Below, piece by piece: positions 20,187 to 29,592 of a stretch of DNA of 64,000 bases. The notes beneath the pieces are model-generated. The model made no database searches. It saw nothing but the letters and a program-made list of their open reading frames with translations, and was not told where the DNA came from. The stretch is from a virus. Its lineage: Duplodnaviria > Heunggongvirae > Uroviricota > Caudoviricetes. Numbering within the stretch: the first letter of the stretch is position 1; the number at the start of each line of letters is the position of its first letter. The stretch is taken from the IMG/VR virus record IMGVR_UViG_2651869695_000003, one strand, 5' to 3'. The position numbers and the translations under genes were made by a program.

Positions 20187-20611
20187 TGGAACTGTGGCTG
20201 ACGGTGAACGGTAAACGCACCTGCGCCAGCGCACCGCTGGATCCGCTGACCCGCGCCGTGGTGATTTCCCTGTTTACCTGGCGGCGGGCGGAGCCTGATG
20301 ACAATGCCGACGTCCCGATGGGATGGTGGGGGGATACCTGGCCTGCGGTACAGAATGACCGTTACGGCTCCCGGCTGTGGCTGCTTCAGCGCGGCAAACT
20401 GACCAATCAGCTGGTGCAGACGGTAAGGGGGTATATCCGCGAATGCCTGCAATGGATGATTGATGACGGTGTGGTGTCCCGTATTGATCTGGATATCCGC
20501 CGCACCGGGATTAATGAACTGGGTAACAGTATCACTCTCTGGCGTCGTGACGGACCGGTAATGATTTCTTTTGATGATCTGTGGAGTGCGATAACGCATG
20601 GCGGACAGTGA
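20183..20611 (+). CDS. Baseplate protein gp25/GPW-like
   Basis: 142 aa, synteny. Confidence 0.7.
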   Translation: MMELWLTVNGKRTCASAPLDPLTRAVVISLFTWRRAEPDDNADVPMGWWGDTWPAVQNDRYGSRLWLLQRGKLTNQLVQTVRGYIRECLQWMIDDGVVSRIDLDIRRTGINELGNSITLWRRDGPVMISFDDLWSAITHGGQ

Positions 20612-21656
20612 ATTTCAGCGCCCGACGCTGGCAGAAAATATCAGTATGCTCCGTAACGATTTATTCGCCAGGCTGGACGTCAGCGACACGCTCCGGCGCA
20701 TGGATGAAGACGTGCGGGCAAAGGTGTATGCGGCGGCGCTGCATACGGTTTACGGTTACATCGATTATCTGGCAATGAACATGCTGCCTGACCTGTGCGA
20801 TGAGTCCTGGCTGGCGAGACATGCTGCGATGAAACGGTGTCCGCGCAAGGGGGCCACGTCTGCCAGCGGGTATATGCGCTGGGAAGGTGTCAGCGATGGC
20901 CTGAAGGTGACCGCCGGGAGTGTTATTCAGCGCGATGATCTGGTTCAGTACACGGCAACTTCTGATGCAACCAGCTCAGGTGGAGTCCTGCGCGTGCCGA
21001 TCGCCTGCTCAACTGCAGGCGCGGTCGGTAACGCTGACGACGGTACGGCATTAATCCTGGTCACGCCGGTGAATGGTCTGCCGTCTTCCGGTGTGGCAGA
21101 TACCCTGACTGGCGGATTCGATACTGAAGATCTGGAAACGTGGCGCGCCCGCGTCATTGAGCGGTATTACTGGACGCCGCAGGGCGGGGCTGACGGGGAC
21201 TATGTCGTCTGGGCTAAAGAAGTGCCCGGCATTACCCGCGCATGGACATACCGTCACTGGATGGGAACGGGGACTGTCGGTGTGATGATTGCCGGCAGTG
21301 ACCTGATTAATCCCATTCCGGAAGAATCAACGGAAACGGCGGCAAGACAACATATCGGGCCACTGGCCCCGGTGGCAGGCTCTGATTTGTATGTGTTCAG
21401 GCCGGCGGCGCATACGGTGGATTTTCATATCCGCGTGACGCCGGACACACCAGAAATACGGGCTGCCATTACCGCGGAGTTGCGTTCGTTCCTGCTGCGT
21501 GATGGTTATCCGCAGGGAGAACTGAAGGTATCGCGTATCAGTGAGGCGATTTCCGGTGCGAACGGGGAATACAGCCATCAATTGCTTGCACCGGCGGACA
21601 ATATCTCCATTGCAAAAAATGAACTGGCGGTTCTGGGGACGATTTCATGGACGTGA
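20598..21656 (+). CDS. Baseplate J-like protein
   Basis: 352 aa, synteny. Confidence 0.8.
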   Translation: MADSEFQRPTLAENISMLRNDLFARLDVSDTLRRMDEDVRAKVYAAALHTVYGYIDYLAMNMLPDLCDESWLARHAAMKRCPRKGATSASGYMRWEGVSDGLKVTAGSVIQRDDLVQYTATSDATSSGGVLRVPIACSTAGAVGNADDGTALILVTPVNGLPSSGVADTLTGGFDTEDLETWRARVIERYYWTPQGGADGDYVVWAKEVPGITRAWTYRHWMGTGTVGVMIAGSDLINPIPEESTETAARQHIGPLAPVAGSDLYVFRPAAHTVDFHIRVTPDTPEIRAAITAELRSFLLRDGYPQGELKVSRISEAISGANGEYSHQLLAPADNISIAKNELAVLGTISWT

Positions 21657-22231
21657 CAAACGATGATTACATCCGTCTGTTGTCGGCACTGCTGCCGCCC
21701 GGTCCGGCGTGGTCAGCCAGCGATCCGGCGATTGCCGGTACGGCACCGTCATTAACCCGTGTTCATCAGCGTGCGGATGCCCTGATGCGGGAGCTGGATC
21801 CGCGCACCACCACCGAACTGATAAACCGCTGGGAGCGTCTGTGCGGCCTGCCGGATGAATGTATTCCTACAGGGACACAGACCCTTCGCCAGCGCCAGCA
21901 ACGGCTGGATGCGAAGGTTAACCTGTCGGGTGGCATCAACGAGGATTTTTATCTTGCACAGCTTGCTGCCCTGGGCAGACCAGATGCTACCATCACGCGA
22001 TACGACAAAAGCACGTTCACCTGCTCATCGGCCTGTACTGACGCGGTGAATGCGCCGGAATGGCGGTATTACTGGCAGATCAACATGCCAGCCGCCACCA
22101 ACACCACCTGGATGACATGTGGCGATCCCTGTGATTCCGCACTGCGTATCTGGGGCGACACCGTTGTCGAATGTGTGCTTAACAAACTCTGCCCGTCGCA
22201 TACCTACGTAATTTTTAAATATCCGGAGTAA
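21647..22231 (+). CDS. Tail protein, YmfQ/Mu gp48-like (DUF2313)
   Basis: 194 aa; immediately upstream of tail fibre. Confidence 0.65.
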   Translation: MDVTNDDYIRLLSALLPPGPAWSASDPAIAGTAPSLTRVHQRADALMRELDPRTTTELINRWERLCGLPDECIPTGTQTLRQRQQRLDAKVNLSGGINEDFYLAQLAALGRPDATITRYDKSTFTCSSACTDAVNAPEWRYYWQINMPAATNTTWMTCGDPCDSALRIWGDTVVECVLNKLCPSHTYVIFKYPE

Positions 22232-22234
22232 TCC

Positions 22235-23218
22235 ATGCATCGTATAGACACGAAAACCGCGCAGAAGGATAAGTTCGGCGCGGGTAAGAACGGTTTTACC
22301 CGTGGTAACCCCCAGACCGGCACACCTGCCACCGATCTTGATGATGACTACTTTGATATGTTGCAGGAAGAACTCTGCAGCGTGGTGGAGGCATCCGGTG
22401 CCAGCCTGGAGAAGGGGCGGCATGACCAGCTGCTTACCGCGCTTCGTGCGCTGCTGTTAAGCCGCAAGAATCCGTTTAGCGATATCAAATCGGATGGCAC
22501 GGTGAAAACGGCTCTCGAAAACCTTGGTTTGGGAGAAGCCAGATTCTCTGGTCGTTTGTTAAACACGAATATTTTTAAAAGCTCTGGAAAATATATCCCA
22601 ACACTAGGGACAAAAAAGATAAGGGTCATTGCCTCTGGTGGCGGTGGCGGCGGCGGTGGGGTTCCTGAAACAACAGAAAATCAGCAGGCAACAGCCGGAG
22701 CTGGATTGAGCGGTGCATTTATTGAAGCATTTTTCGAGGTTGATAATGATTTCGAAGTCAACGTTATTATCGGTGCTGCAGGTAAAGGGGGGGGAGCCGG
22801 AAGAAATTCAGGTAGTGAAGGTGGCACAACTTATTTCGGTTCCCTGATAACTGCACCGGGTGGTACAGGCGGTGGCGCGGGGGGAGCATCTGCAAACACA
22901 TCATATATTCAGGGTATTTCATGGGGTGCCAGTCCGACATCGTCCGGTACTGTACTAAGAGCATTTCGCTGTAGTGCAAAAACACCAGGAGCAATGGTTA
23001 TCTCTGTTAAAGCTGTTGCAGGTGGTACCGGGGGGGATACACCACTAGGTTCAGGCGGTATAGGTGGTGCAAGTTCTTCATCATTCAGCGGACGTGGTGG
23101 TGGTAAAGCTGAGGGCTTTGGTGCTGGCGGAGGCGGAGCCTGCGCACCTGCCGGAAGTGAGGCTCAATCGGGAGGTGACGGTGCCCCGGGAATAGTTATT
23201 GTTGAGGAGTATGCCTGA
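22235..23218 (+). CDS. Tail fibre protein, variant A (constant N-terminus 102 aa + Gly-rich variable C-terminus)
   Basis: First 102 aa identical to the fibre at 23869..24531; C-terminus rich in GGxGG repeats. Confidence 0.8.
   Translation: MHRIDTKTAQKDKFGAGKNGFTRGNPQTGTPATDLDDDYFDMLQEELCSVVEASGASLEKGRHDQLLTALRALLLSRKNPFSDIKSDGTVKTALENLGLGEARFSGRLLNTNIFKSSGKYIPTLGTKKIRVIASGGGGGGGGVPETTENQQATAGAGLSGAFIEAFFEVDNDFEVNVIIGAAGKGGGAGRNSGSEGGTTYFGSLITAPGGTGGGAGGASANTSYIQGISWGASPTSSGTVLRAFRCSAKTPGAMVISVKAVAGGTGGDTPLGSGGIGGASSSSFSGRGGGKAEGFGAGGGGACAPAGSEAQSGGDGAPGIVIVEEYA
22512..22537. other. Candidate Din-family invertase crossover site (left)
   Basis: CTCTCGAAAACC-TT-GGTTTGGGAGAA fits the hix/gix/cix-type pattern (TTnTCnnAAACC-NN-GGTTTnnGAnAA, from memory); lies at the constant/variable junction. 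Confidence 0.55.
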
Positions 23219-23481
23219 TGAGTAATTTTGCTCTGATTGAACATGGCGTGGTGAAAAATATTATTATCTGGGATGGAGAGGGTGATTTATTCTCTAACTG
23301 CGAAATTATAAATATTGATCATATAGATGCAGGCGTCGGTTGGTTCTATTCTGACGGAGAGTTTATAGCACCACCGGAACCGGAAATGACTGAATATGAT
23401 GTTGGTAATATCGACGCGGTGATGGAATCAGATACCAGCACCGCGCCGGACGTCATCTGGCCTGAACTGCCGGAGGCGTAG
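23218..23481 (+). CDS. Tail fibre assembly protein for variant A
   Basis: 87 aa; start overlaps fibre A stop (TGATG); C-terminus ...[12 protein letters not shown] resembles Tfa C-termini. Confidence 0.55.
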   Translation: MSNFALIEHGVVKNIIIWDGEGDLFSNCEIINIDHIDAGVGWFYSDGEFIAPPEPEMTEYDVGNIDAVMESDTSTAPDVIWPELPEA

Positions 23482-23872
23482 GCCATTCAATATCTGGCGC
23501 ACCGGAAGTATCGACCAGTTCCAGTGCGTCCAGGTAATCCAGCCACAAATTATATTGCGCCAGTTCCTCACCTTTCAGACGACCAATAGCGGCTTTACCA
23601 GGCCATTGCTTACTGTTCATGTATTCGTTGGCCTGTTCAATAAGTATACTTTTCATTCCCTCCGCTTCAGCTATTTCCTGTTCCTGTGTCTTCGCTGGAT
23701 ATTCAGTAAGTACAGGGTAGTTATCCGGATTATTGATAATAATTTTCCCCGTACTCTGACCATTCATAAGTTCATAATAAAGAGCATCTTCAATATCGAA
23801 AGCATCATCGGGAATATCGCTGTTATTTTCAGAGAAAAATCCCTGAACAGATGGGGACCATTTCATTTTCAT
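23453..23872 (-). CDS. Tail fibre assembly protein for variant B
   Basis: 139 aa; coupled to fibre B; C-terminus ...[15 protein letters not shown]; 3' end overlaps convergent tfa A by 29 nt. Confidence 0.7.
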   Translation of the reverse strand: MKMKWSPSVQGFFSENNSDIPDDAFDIEDALYYELMNGQSTGKIIINNPDNYPVLTEYPAKTQEQEIAEAEGMKSILIEQANEYMNSKQWPGKAAIGRLKGEELAQYNLWLDYLDALELVDTSGAPDIEWPTPPAVQAR

Positions 23873-24531
23873 AATTTCCCAATTCCTAAAATGTGGACAT
23901 CATCAGCCTTACGGGCATTCCAGGTGACAATTACATCGGTAGAGTGACGATTAACTGAGATTGCATATGCTTCGTTAGTCGAGCCAGAAACTTTTGTAGC
24001 AAACACAGCAAACAGGACACCAAATGACTGGGGCCATTTATAGCCTGACAGCTGATAATTACCATTATTCAGTGTTACAGCTTTGGCTGCTGCACTTGAT
24101 GGAATCGTCAGCCACTGAAGTATCAACCCTCCTGGCAAAAGTTGTTTTCCGTAATAATCCCTCACCCCACTAAATGAAGCCATGTCCGGTATCTGATTTT
24201 CCCCTGTTCCCACATTTCGTTTTGCCGCTTCTCCCAAACCAAGGTTTTCGAGAGCCGTTTTCACCGTGCCATCCGATTTGATATCGCTAAACGGATTCTT
24301 GCGGCTTAACAGCAGCGCACGAAGCGCGGTAAGCAGCTGGTCATGCCGCCCCTTCTCCAGGCTGGCACCGGATGCCTCCACCACGCTGCAGAGTTCTTCC
24401 TGCAACATATCAAAGTAGTCATCATCAAGATCGGTGGCAGGTGTGCCGGTCTGGGGGTTACCACGGGTAAAACCGTTCTTACCCGCGCCGAACTTATCCT
24501 TCTGCGCGGTTTTCGTGTCTATACGATGCAT
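23869..24531 (-). CDS. Tail fibre protein, variant B (same constant N-terminus, different C-terminal receptor-binding region)
   Basis: N-terminal 102 aa identical to variant A, then unrelated C-terminus. Confidence 0.8.
   Translation of the reverse strand: MHRIDTKTAQKDKFGAGKNGFTRGNPQTGTPATDLDDDYFDMLQEELCSVVEASGASLEKGRHDQLLTALRALLLSRKNPFSDIKSDGTVKTALENLGLGEAAKRNVGTGENQIPDMASFSGVRDYYGKQLLPGGLILQWLTIPSSAAAKAVTLNNGNYQLSGYKWPQSFGVLFAVFATKVSGSTNEAYAISVNRHSTDVIVTWNARKADDVHILGIGKL
24229..24254. other. Candidate Din-family invertase crossover site (right, inverted)
   Basis: TTCTCCCAAACC-AA-GGTTTTCGAGAG, reverse complement of left site. Confidence 0.55.
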
Positions 24532-24534
24532 GGA

Positions 24535-25119
24535 TTACTCCGGATATTTAAAAATTACGTAGGTATGCGACGGGCAGAGTTTGTTAAGCACACATTCGAC
24601 AACGGTGTCGCCCCAGATACGCAGTGCGGAATCACAGGGATCGCCACATGTCATCCAGGTGGTGTTGGTGGCGGCTGGCATGTTGATCTGCCAGTAATAC
24701 CGCCATTCCGGCGCATTCACCGCGTCAGTACAGGCCGATGAGCAGGTGAACGTGCTTTTGTCGTATCGCGTGATGGTAGCATCTGGTCTGCCCAGGGCAG
24801 CAAGCTGTGCAAGATAAAAATCCTCGTTGATGCCACCCGACAGGTTAACCTTCGCATCCAGCCGTTGCTGGCGCTGGCGAAGGGTCTGTGTCCCTGTAGG
24901 AATACATTCATCCGGCAGGCCGCACAGACGCTCCCAGCGGTTTATCAGTTCGGTGGTGGTGCGCGGATCCAGCTCCCGCATCAGGGCATCCGCACGCTGA
25001 TGAACACGGGTTAATGACGGTGCCGTACCGGCAATCGCCGGATCGCTGGCTGACCACGCCGGACCGGGCGGCAGCAGTGCCGACAACAGACGGATGTAAT
25101 CATCGTTTGTCACGTCCAT
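24535..25119 (-). CDS. Tail protein YmfQ/gp48-like (copy 2)
   Basis: Reverse-complement identical copy of 21647..22231. Confidence 0.65.
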   Translation of the reverse strand: MDVTNDDYIRLLSALLPPGPAWSASDPAIAGTAPSLTRVHQRADALMRELDPRTTTELINRWERLCGLPDECIPTGTQTLRQRQQRLDAKVNLSGGINEDFYLAQLAALGRPDATITRYDKSTFTCSSACTDAVNAPEWRYYWQINMPAATNTTWMTCGDPCDSALRIWGDTVVECVLNKLCPSHTYVIFKYPE

Positions 25120-26168
25120 GAAATCGTCCCCAGAACCGCCAGTTCATTTTTTGCAATGGAGATATTGTCCGCCGGTGCAAGCAATTGATGGCTGTATTCC
25201 CCGTTCGCACCGGAAATCGCCTCACTGATACGCGATACCTTCAGTTCTCCCTGCGGATAACCATCACGCAGCAGGAACGAACGCAACTCCGCGGTAATGG
25301 CAGCCCGTATTTCTGGTGTGTCCGGCGTCACGCGGATATGAAAATCCACCGTATGCGCCGCCGGCCTGAACACATACAAATCAGAGCCTGCCACCGGGGC
25401 CAGTGGCCCGATATGTTGTCTTGCCGCCGTTTCCGTTGATTCTTCCGGAATGGGATTAATCAGGTCACTGCCGGCAATCATCACACCGACAGTCCCCGTT
25501 CCCATCCAGTGACGGTATGTCCATGCGCGGGTAATGCCGGGCACTTCTTTAGCCCAGACGACATAGTCCCCGTCAGCCCCGCCCTGCGGCGTCCAGTAAT
25601 ACCGCTCAATGACGCGGGCGCGCCACGTTTCCAGATCTTCAGTATCGAATCCGCCAGTCAGGGTATCTGCCACACCGGAAGACGGCAGACCATTCACCGG
25701 CGTGACCAGGATTAATGCCGTACCGTCGTCAGCGTTACCGACCGCGCCTGCAGTTGAGCAGGCGATCGGCACGCGCAGGACTCCACCTGAGCTGGTTGCA
25801 TCAGAAGTTGCCGTGTACTGAACCAGATCATCGCGCTGAATAACACTCCCGGCGGTCACCTTCAGGCCATCGCTGACACCTTCCCAGCGCATATACCCGC
25901 TGGCAGACGTGGCCCCCTTGCGCGGACACCGTTTCATCGCAGCATGTCTCGCCAGCCAGGACTCATCGCACAGGTCAGGCAGCATGTTCATTGCCAGATA
26001 ATCGATGTAACCGTAAACCGTATGCAGCGCCGCCGCATACACCTTTGCCCGCACGTCTTCATCCATGCGCCGGAGCGTGTCGCTGACGTCCAGCCTGGCG
26101 AATAAATCGTTACGGAGCATACTGATATTTTCTGCCAGCGTCGGGCGCTGAAATTCACTGTCCGCCAT
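25110..26168 (-). CDS. Baseplate J-like protein (copy 2)
   Basis: Identical inverted copy of 20598..21656. Confidence 0.8.
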   Translation of the reverse strand: MADSEFQRPTLAENISMLRNDLFARLDVSDTLRRMDEDVRAKVYAAALHTVYGYIDYLAMNMLPDLCDESWLARHAAMKRCPRKGATSASGYMRWEGVSDGLKVTAGSVIQRDDLVQYTATSDATSSGGVLRVPIACSTAGAVGNADDGTALILVTPVNGLPSSGVADTLTGGFDTEDLETWRARVIERYYWTPQGGADGDYVVWAKEVPGITRAWTYRHWMGTGTVGVMIAGSDLINPIPEESTETAARQHIGPLAPVAGSDLYVFRPAAHTVDFHIRVTPDTPEIRAAITAELRSFLLRDGYPQGELKVSRISEAISGANGEYSHQLLAPADNISIAKNELAVLGTISWT

Positions 26169-26583
26169 GCGTTATCGCACTCCACAGATCATCAAAAGAA
26201 ATCATTACCGGTCCGTCACGACGCCAGAGAGTGATACTGTTACCCAGTTCATTAATCCCGGTGCGGCGGATATCCAGATCAATACGGGACACCACACCGT
26301 CATCAATCATCCATTGCAGGCATTCGCGGATATACCCCCTTACCGTCTGCACCAGCTGATTGGTCAGTTTGCCGCGCTGAAGCAGCCACAGCCGGGAGCC
26401 GTAACGGTCATTCTGTACCGCAGGCCAGGTATCCCCCCACCATCCCATCGGGACGTCGGCATTGTCATCAGGCTCCGCCCGCCGCCAGGTAAACAGGGAA
26501 ATCACCACGGCGCGGGTCAGCGGATCCAGCGGTGCGCTGGCGCAGGTGCGTTTACCGTTCACCGTCAGCCACAGTTCCATCAT
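26155..26583 (-). CDS. Baseplate gp25/GPW-like (copy 2)
   Basis: Identical inverted copy of 20183..20611. Confidence 0.7.
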   Translation of the reverse strand: MMELWLTVNGKRTCASAPLDPLTRAVVISLFTWRRAEPDDNADVPMGWWGDTWPAVQNDRYGSRLWLLQRGKLTNQLVQTVRGYIRECLQWMIDDGVVSRIDLDIRRTGINELGNSITLWRRDGPVMISFDDLWSAITHGGQ

Positions 26584-27128
26584 GCCTCCATCGCTTTATC
26601 CGGTTTGTCGGTGTTACTGCCCTGACCGTTCTCTCTGTGACAATGGCCGTTATAGGCAAGCCGCATCGCTGACATGGTGGTGCCGCCGGAGTCGCACAGG
26701 TCTTTCACCTGTCCGGTCACTTCCAGGTCCATTTCAAAACGTGCTCTGGGCGCATTGCGAAACGTGATCGTTTTACCTGCACCGTCCACCACGATCCCCT
26801 CCCGGGTCAGCGTCACAGACTGCCCCTGATCGTCATAGACAGCCACCTCACCCGTCTGCAGCCCTTTCAGGCGGTAGCGCCGGTCCGACACCGTAACAAC
26901 CACCGCATGAGAACGGTCGCCATCCGGAAACAACACCACCGCTTCCGCACCGCTGTTTGCCCTTGCGGTAAAACCGTAGGGTTCAAGATGTTCAACCCCG
27001 GCTTTGGGTTCACCGGCAATCAGGGACACATCCACGGTCTGACATTTCGTGGCGGCACTGATGCTTTTCACCACTGCCCGCCCAATCAGGCCGAGAAGTT
27101 GTCGCTGCATGGCTTCAATCGTCCTCAT
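26580..27128 (-). CDS. Baseplate assembly protein V (copy 2)
   Basis: Identical inverted copy of 19638..20186. Confidence 0.7.
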   Translation of the reverse strand: MRTIEAMQRQLLGLIGRAVVKSISAATKCQTVDVSLIAGEPKAGVEHLEPYGFTARANSGAEAVVLFPDGDRSHAVVVTVSDRRYRLKGLQTGEVAVYDDQGQSVTLTREGIVVDGAGKTITFRNAPRARFEMDLEVTGQVKDLCDSGGTTMSAMRLAYNGHCHRENGQGSNTDKPDKAMEA

Positions 27129-28207
27129 CAGAACGGGTCCTCCTGTACTCTGGCTTTTTTCTTTTTCCGCGCGCCGGGGGCTTCAGGTTCAGGCAGATAA
27201 GCATCAGGCGGGCCGACACGGATTTCCGTCAGGGTGCCGTTCTGGTCCTGAGTAAACGTGACTTCCGAAACAAGCAGTTCGGTATTGTCAAAACCACAGA
27301 CCGGATCAAAGACAATCACCCGCTGGTTGGGTTGCCACAGCGTACCGTTACCCTGTCGCCAGCCCTGCACCACATAGGTGGTTTCATCCGTCCGCGCCGC
27401 CCGTTGCCGGGCTTCAAAGTCAGCACGCGCAATACAGCCTGCCCCCGTAGCCTGCCCTGTCTGCCTGATATACATCGGACGGTAACGGGCAATAAATGCG
27501 TCCTCTGTGCGGGCCCGCAGCGCGGTGGTGGTGGCCTCACCGAAATCATCGTCGTTTCCGGCACGCTGCCCCGCCACCTGGTAAACAGAAAACCGGTCCC
27601 GGATACTCTTCTCCGTATCACAGGAAAGGATGTTTTCCCCAAGTACCAGCGCGGTATGTGCCCGCGTTGAGCCAATACCGCCAATCACCAGCCTGCCGTG
27701 CGGGTCGTCGTAAGCCAGCGCCTGCTGCTGACCGAGTATTTTGTTGATTACCTCAATCACCGTTTCACCGTGATCAGGCTGAACATCAGGAATAACACCC
27801 GACGGCGCACCGCTGTTCACCACCTCAATGCCGAAAGGCGCAGCAAGCGCCTGCGCAATCTGCACCAGCGAGCGTCCGTTAAACTGTGTCGGTTCGGCTG
27901 CACAGTCAATCAGGTCAGCCGTCAGACTACGTCCGGCAATACCGGTGCTGACCGAACGGGCATCGTACCGAACGGGCGTCGCCTCCACCCAGCCGGTGAT
28001 CACCAGCTCATCACCAATCAGCACTTCCACTTTTGAACCGTTTTTAATGCGCGGCTGAAGCGTGGTGATACCCTCATCTCCCGGCCACTGGCGAGTGATC
28101 TCCACACTGAAATCCCGCGCCAGCCGTTCAATACCGGCACCGATGCGCACCGATGTCCAGCCATTCCACTCCCGGCCATTTACCCGTAGCGTGACGTTAT
28201 CGTTCAT
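27128..28207 (-). CDS. Baseplate/tail protein gpP-like (copy 2)
   Basis: Identical inverted copy of 18559..19638. Confidence 0.7.
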   Translation of the reverse strand: MNDNVTLRVNGREWNGWTSVRIGAGIERLARDFSVEITRQWPGDEGITTLQPRIKNGSKVEVLIGDELVITGWVEATPVRYDARSVSTGIAGRSLTADLIDCAAEPTQFNGRSLVQIAQALAAPFGIEVVNSGAPSGVIPDVQPDHGETVIEVINKILGQQQALAYDDPHGRLVIGGIGSTRAHTALVLGENILSCDTEKSIRDRFSVYQVAGQRAGNDDDFGEATTTALRARTEDAFIARYRPMYIRQTGQATGAGCIARADFEARQRAARTDETTYVVQGWRQGNGTLWQPNQRVIVFDPVCGFDNTELLVSEVTFTQDQNGTLTEIRVGPPDAYLPEPEAPGARKKKKARVQEDPF

Positions 28208-29532
28208 TGCACTGGCACCTTCAGAGGGATCACCGGCACAAAGCCGGGATGCGTAATGGCATTACGCCGGATAATGTCCGCGTCACGCGCCGCGTTATCA
28301 AACCAGGTCGCCGCCAGCACCAGCGCGGGTAAAACCTCATCCGGCGTGCGCTGAATGATCCGTGCAGACTGTTCAAGGCGCGTGTTGATATCCGCATTCA
28401 GATCTGCTTTCACCCGGCGCAGCGCCAGAAACAGCGCATCACTGGTTGTACGGGACAACTCCTTATCAATTGCCGTATTCAGTGTGTCGCGAATGTCAGT
28501 CAGTTCTTCCCACGTCGGCAGGTCAACTGTGTTTTTCACCGCCGGTGCATTGTTCAGTGCCGGATGCGTGACGGAAGGCCAGCCAGTGCTCTGCGCAGGT
28601 GTTGTTGCCTGCCCCACTGCGGCATTCTGCATCACCGCGGAAGTTGTTGGCGCAGGCAATCGGGTGACGGCATACGCCGCTTCGCTGATTGCGGTCGTAC
28701 GAAGGGTGCTGGCAACCACGTTACGCTGCTGCGTAGCCGTGGCGGTGGTTTTACTGTCCGTTTTCCAGACGCCGCGCGGTTGCAGATCGCTGCCGAGGCT
28801 GACACCGGAAAGCGTTTTGATCATGGTGACCAGGTCGCTGGCGTTACCATAAAGGCGTTTCCCGGTACGCCACATTTTCTGCACCTGCTCAACGAAATTT
28901 TTGCCTGACGATGGCGGCGGCAGAAGTACCGAGATATCCCCCTGCAACAGCCTGGCGGCATCCGATACGGCAGAATCCACCACTTTCATCGCATCAGAAA
29001 CATACCCAAGCATTGTGCTGGCATTACCGACGACGTCGTTCTGCACAAAATCTGCCACGCCATCGATACTGAAACTACTGAAACTGTCACTGATGCAGTC
29101 ATCCAGTGCAGAACAGGATGACATCAGCGTCTGCGCCGTCGCCGCACCTGATGTGGGGTAAGAGAGTTCTCCCGCTTCGACAAACTTCAGGTCAAAGCGG
29201 ACAATACGCCCTTCACTCTTCGATGTGCTGACCCGAACCTCTCCGTCAACACAGACTTTCAGCTCACCGTAAGTCGGATGGACAAGCGTGCCGGGACCGG
29301 GTTTATTCAGCGCGTCAATCAGGCGATCGCGCTGGTCAAAGCAGTCATCTCCCACCACATAAGCCGTGATGGACGGGCGGAAAGTGATTTTCCCCAGGTC
29401 TTCGGTATAGGGTTTGTCGCGGTTCGGGTATTCGTGCGTTTCCACACGACGACCGGTTCCCGCACTTTCTTCTTCAACCTTAAACGGCACACCGCGAAAT
29501 GACGCGTCCTGAAGTCTGTCTTTCCACGTCAT
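28204..29532 (-). CDS. DNA circularisation protein N-like (copy 2)
   Basis: Identical inverted copy of 17234..18562. Confidence 0.7.
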   Translation of the reverse strand: MTWKDRLQDASFRGVPFKVEEESAGTGRRVETHEYPNRDKPYTEDLGKITFRPSITAYVVGDDCFDQRDRLIDALNKPGPGTLVHPTYGELKVCVDGEVRVSTSKSEGRIVRFDLKFVEAGELSYPTSGAATAQTLMSSCSALDDCISDSFSSFSIDGVADFVQNDVVGNASTMLGYVSDAMKVVDSAVSDAARLLQGDISVLLPPPSSGKNFVEQVQKMWRTGKRLYGNASDLVTMIKTLSGVSLGSDLQPRGVWKTDSKTTATATQQRNVVASTLRTTAISEAAYAVTRLPAPTTSAVMQNAAVGQATTPAQSTGWPSVTHPALNNAPAVKNTVDLPTWEELTDIRDTLNTAIDKELSRTTSDALFLALRRVKADLNADINTRLEQSARIIQRTPDEVLPALVLAATWFDNAARDADIIRRNAITHPGFVPVIPLKVPVQ

Positions 29533-29592
29533 ATAAACTCCGTACATAAAAAATCCCACCGGAGTGGGACTCATTAACAGATTAATTTTTCA

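Larger units (their letters stand above)
1..22539. repeat. Left arm of perfect large inverted repeat (reverse complement of 24227..46765); truncated by window start
   Basis: All ORFs mirror with start+end=46766 and identical translations; nucleotide spot checks at 1..25 vs 46741..46765 and at the inner boundary agree. Confidence 0.9.
22540..24226. other. Unique central segment = candidate invertible tail-fibre cassette (two variable fibre C-termini + two tfa genes)
   Basis: Only non-duplicated sequence inside the palindrome; gene layout matches Mu G / P1 C / e14 P segments. Confidence 0.7.

Noticed and set aside
22540-24226. Hairpin-telomere (N15-type) linear prophage dimer junction as explanation for the palindrome
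   Set aside because: The centre is 1.7 kb of non-palindromic coding sequence (fibre tips and tfa genes), not a short palindromic telomere site, and no protelomerase-like ORF is present.
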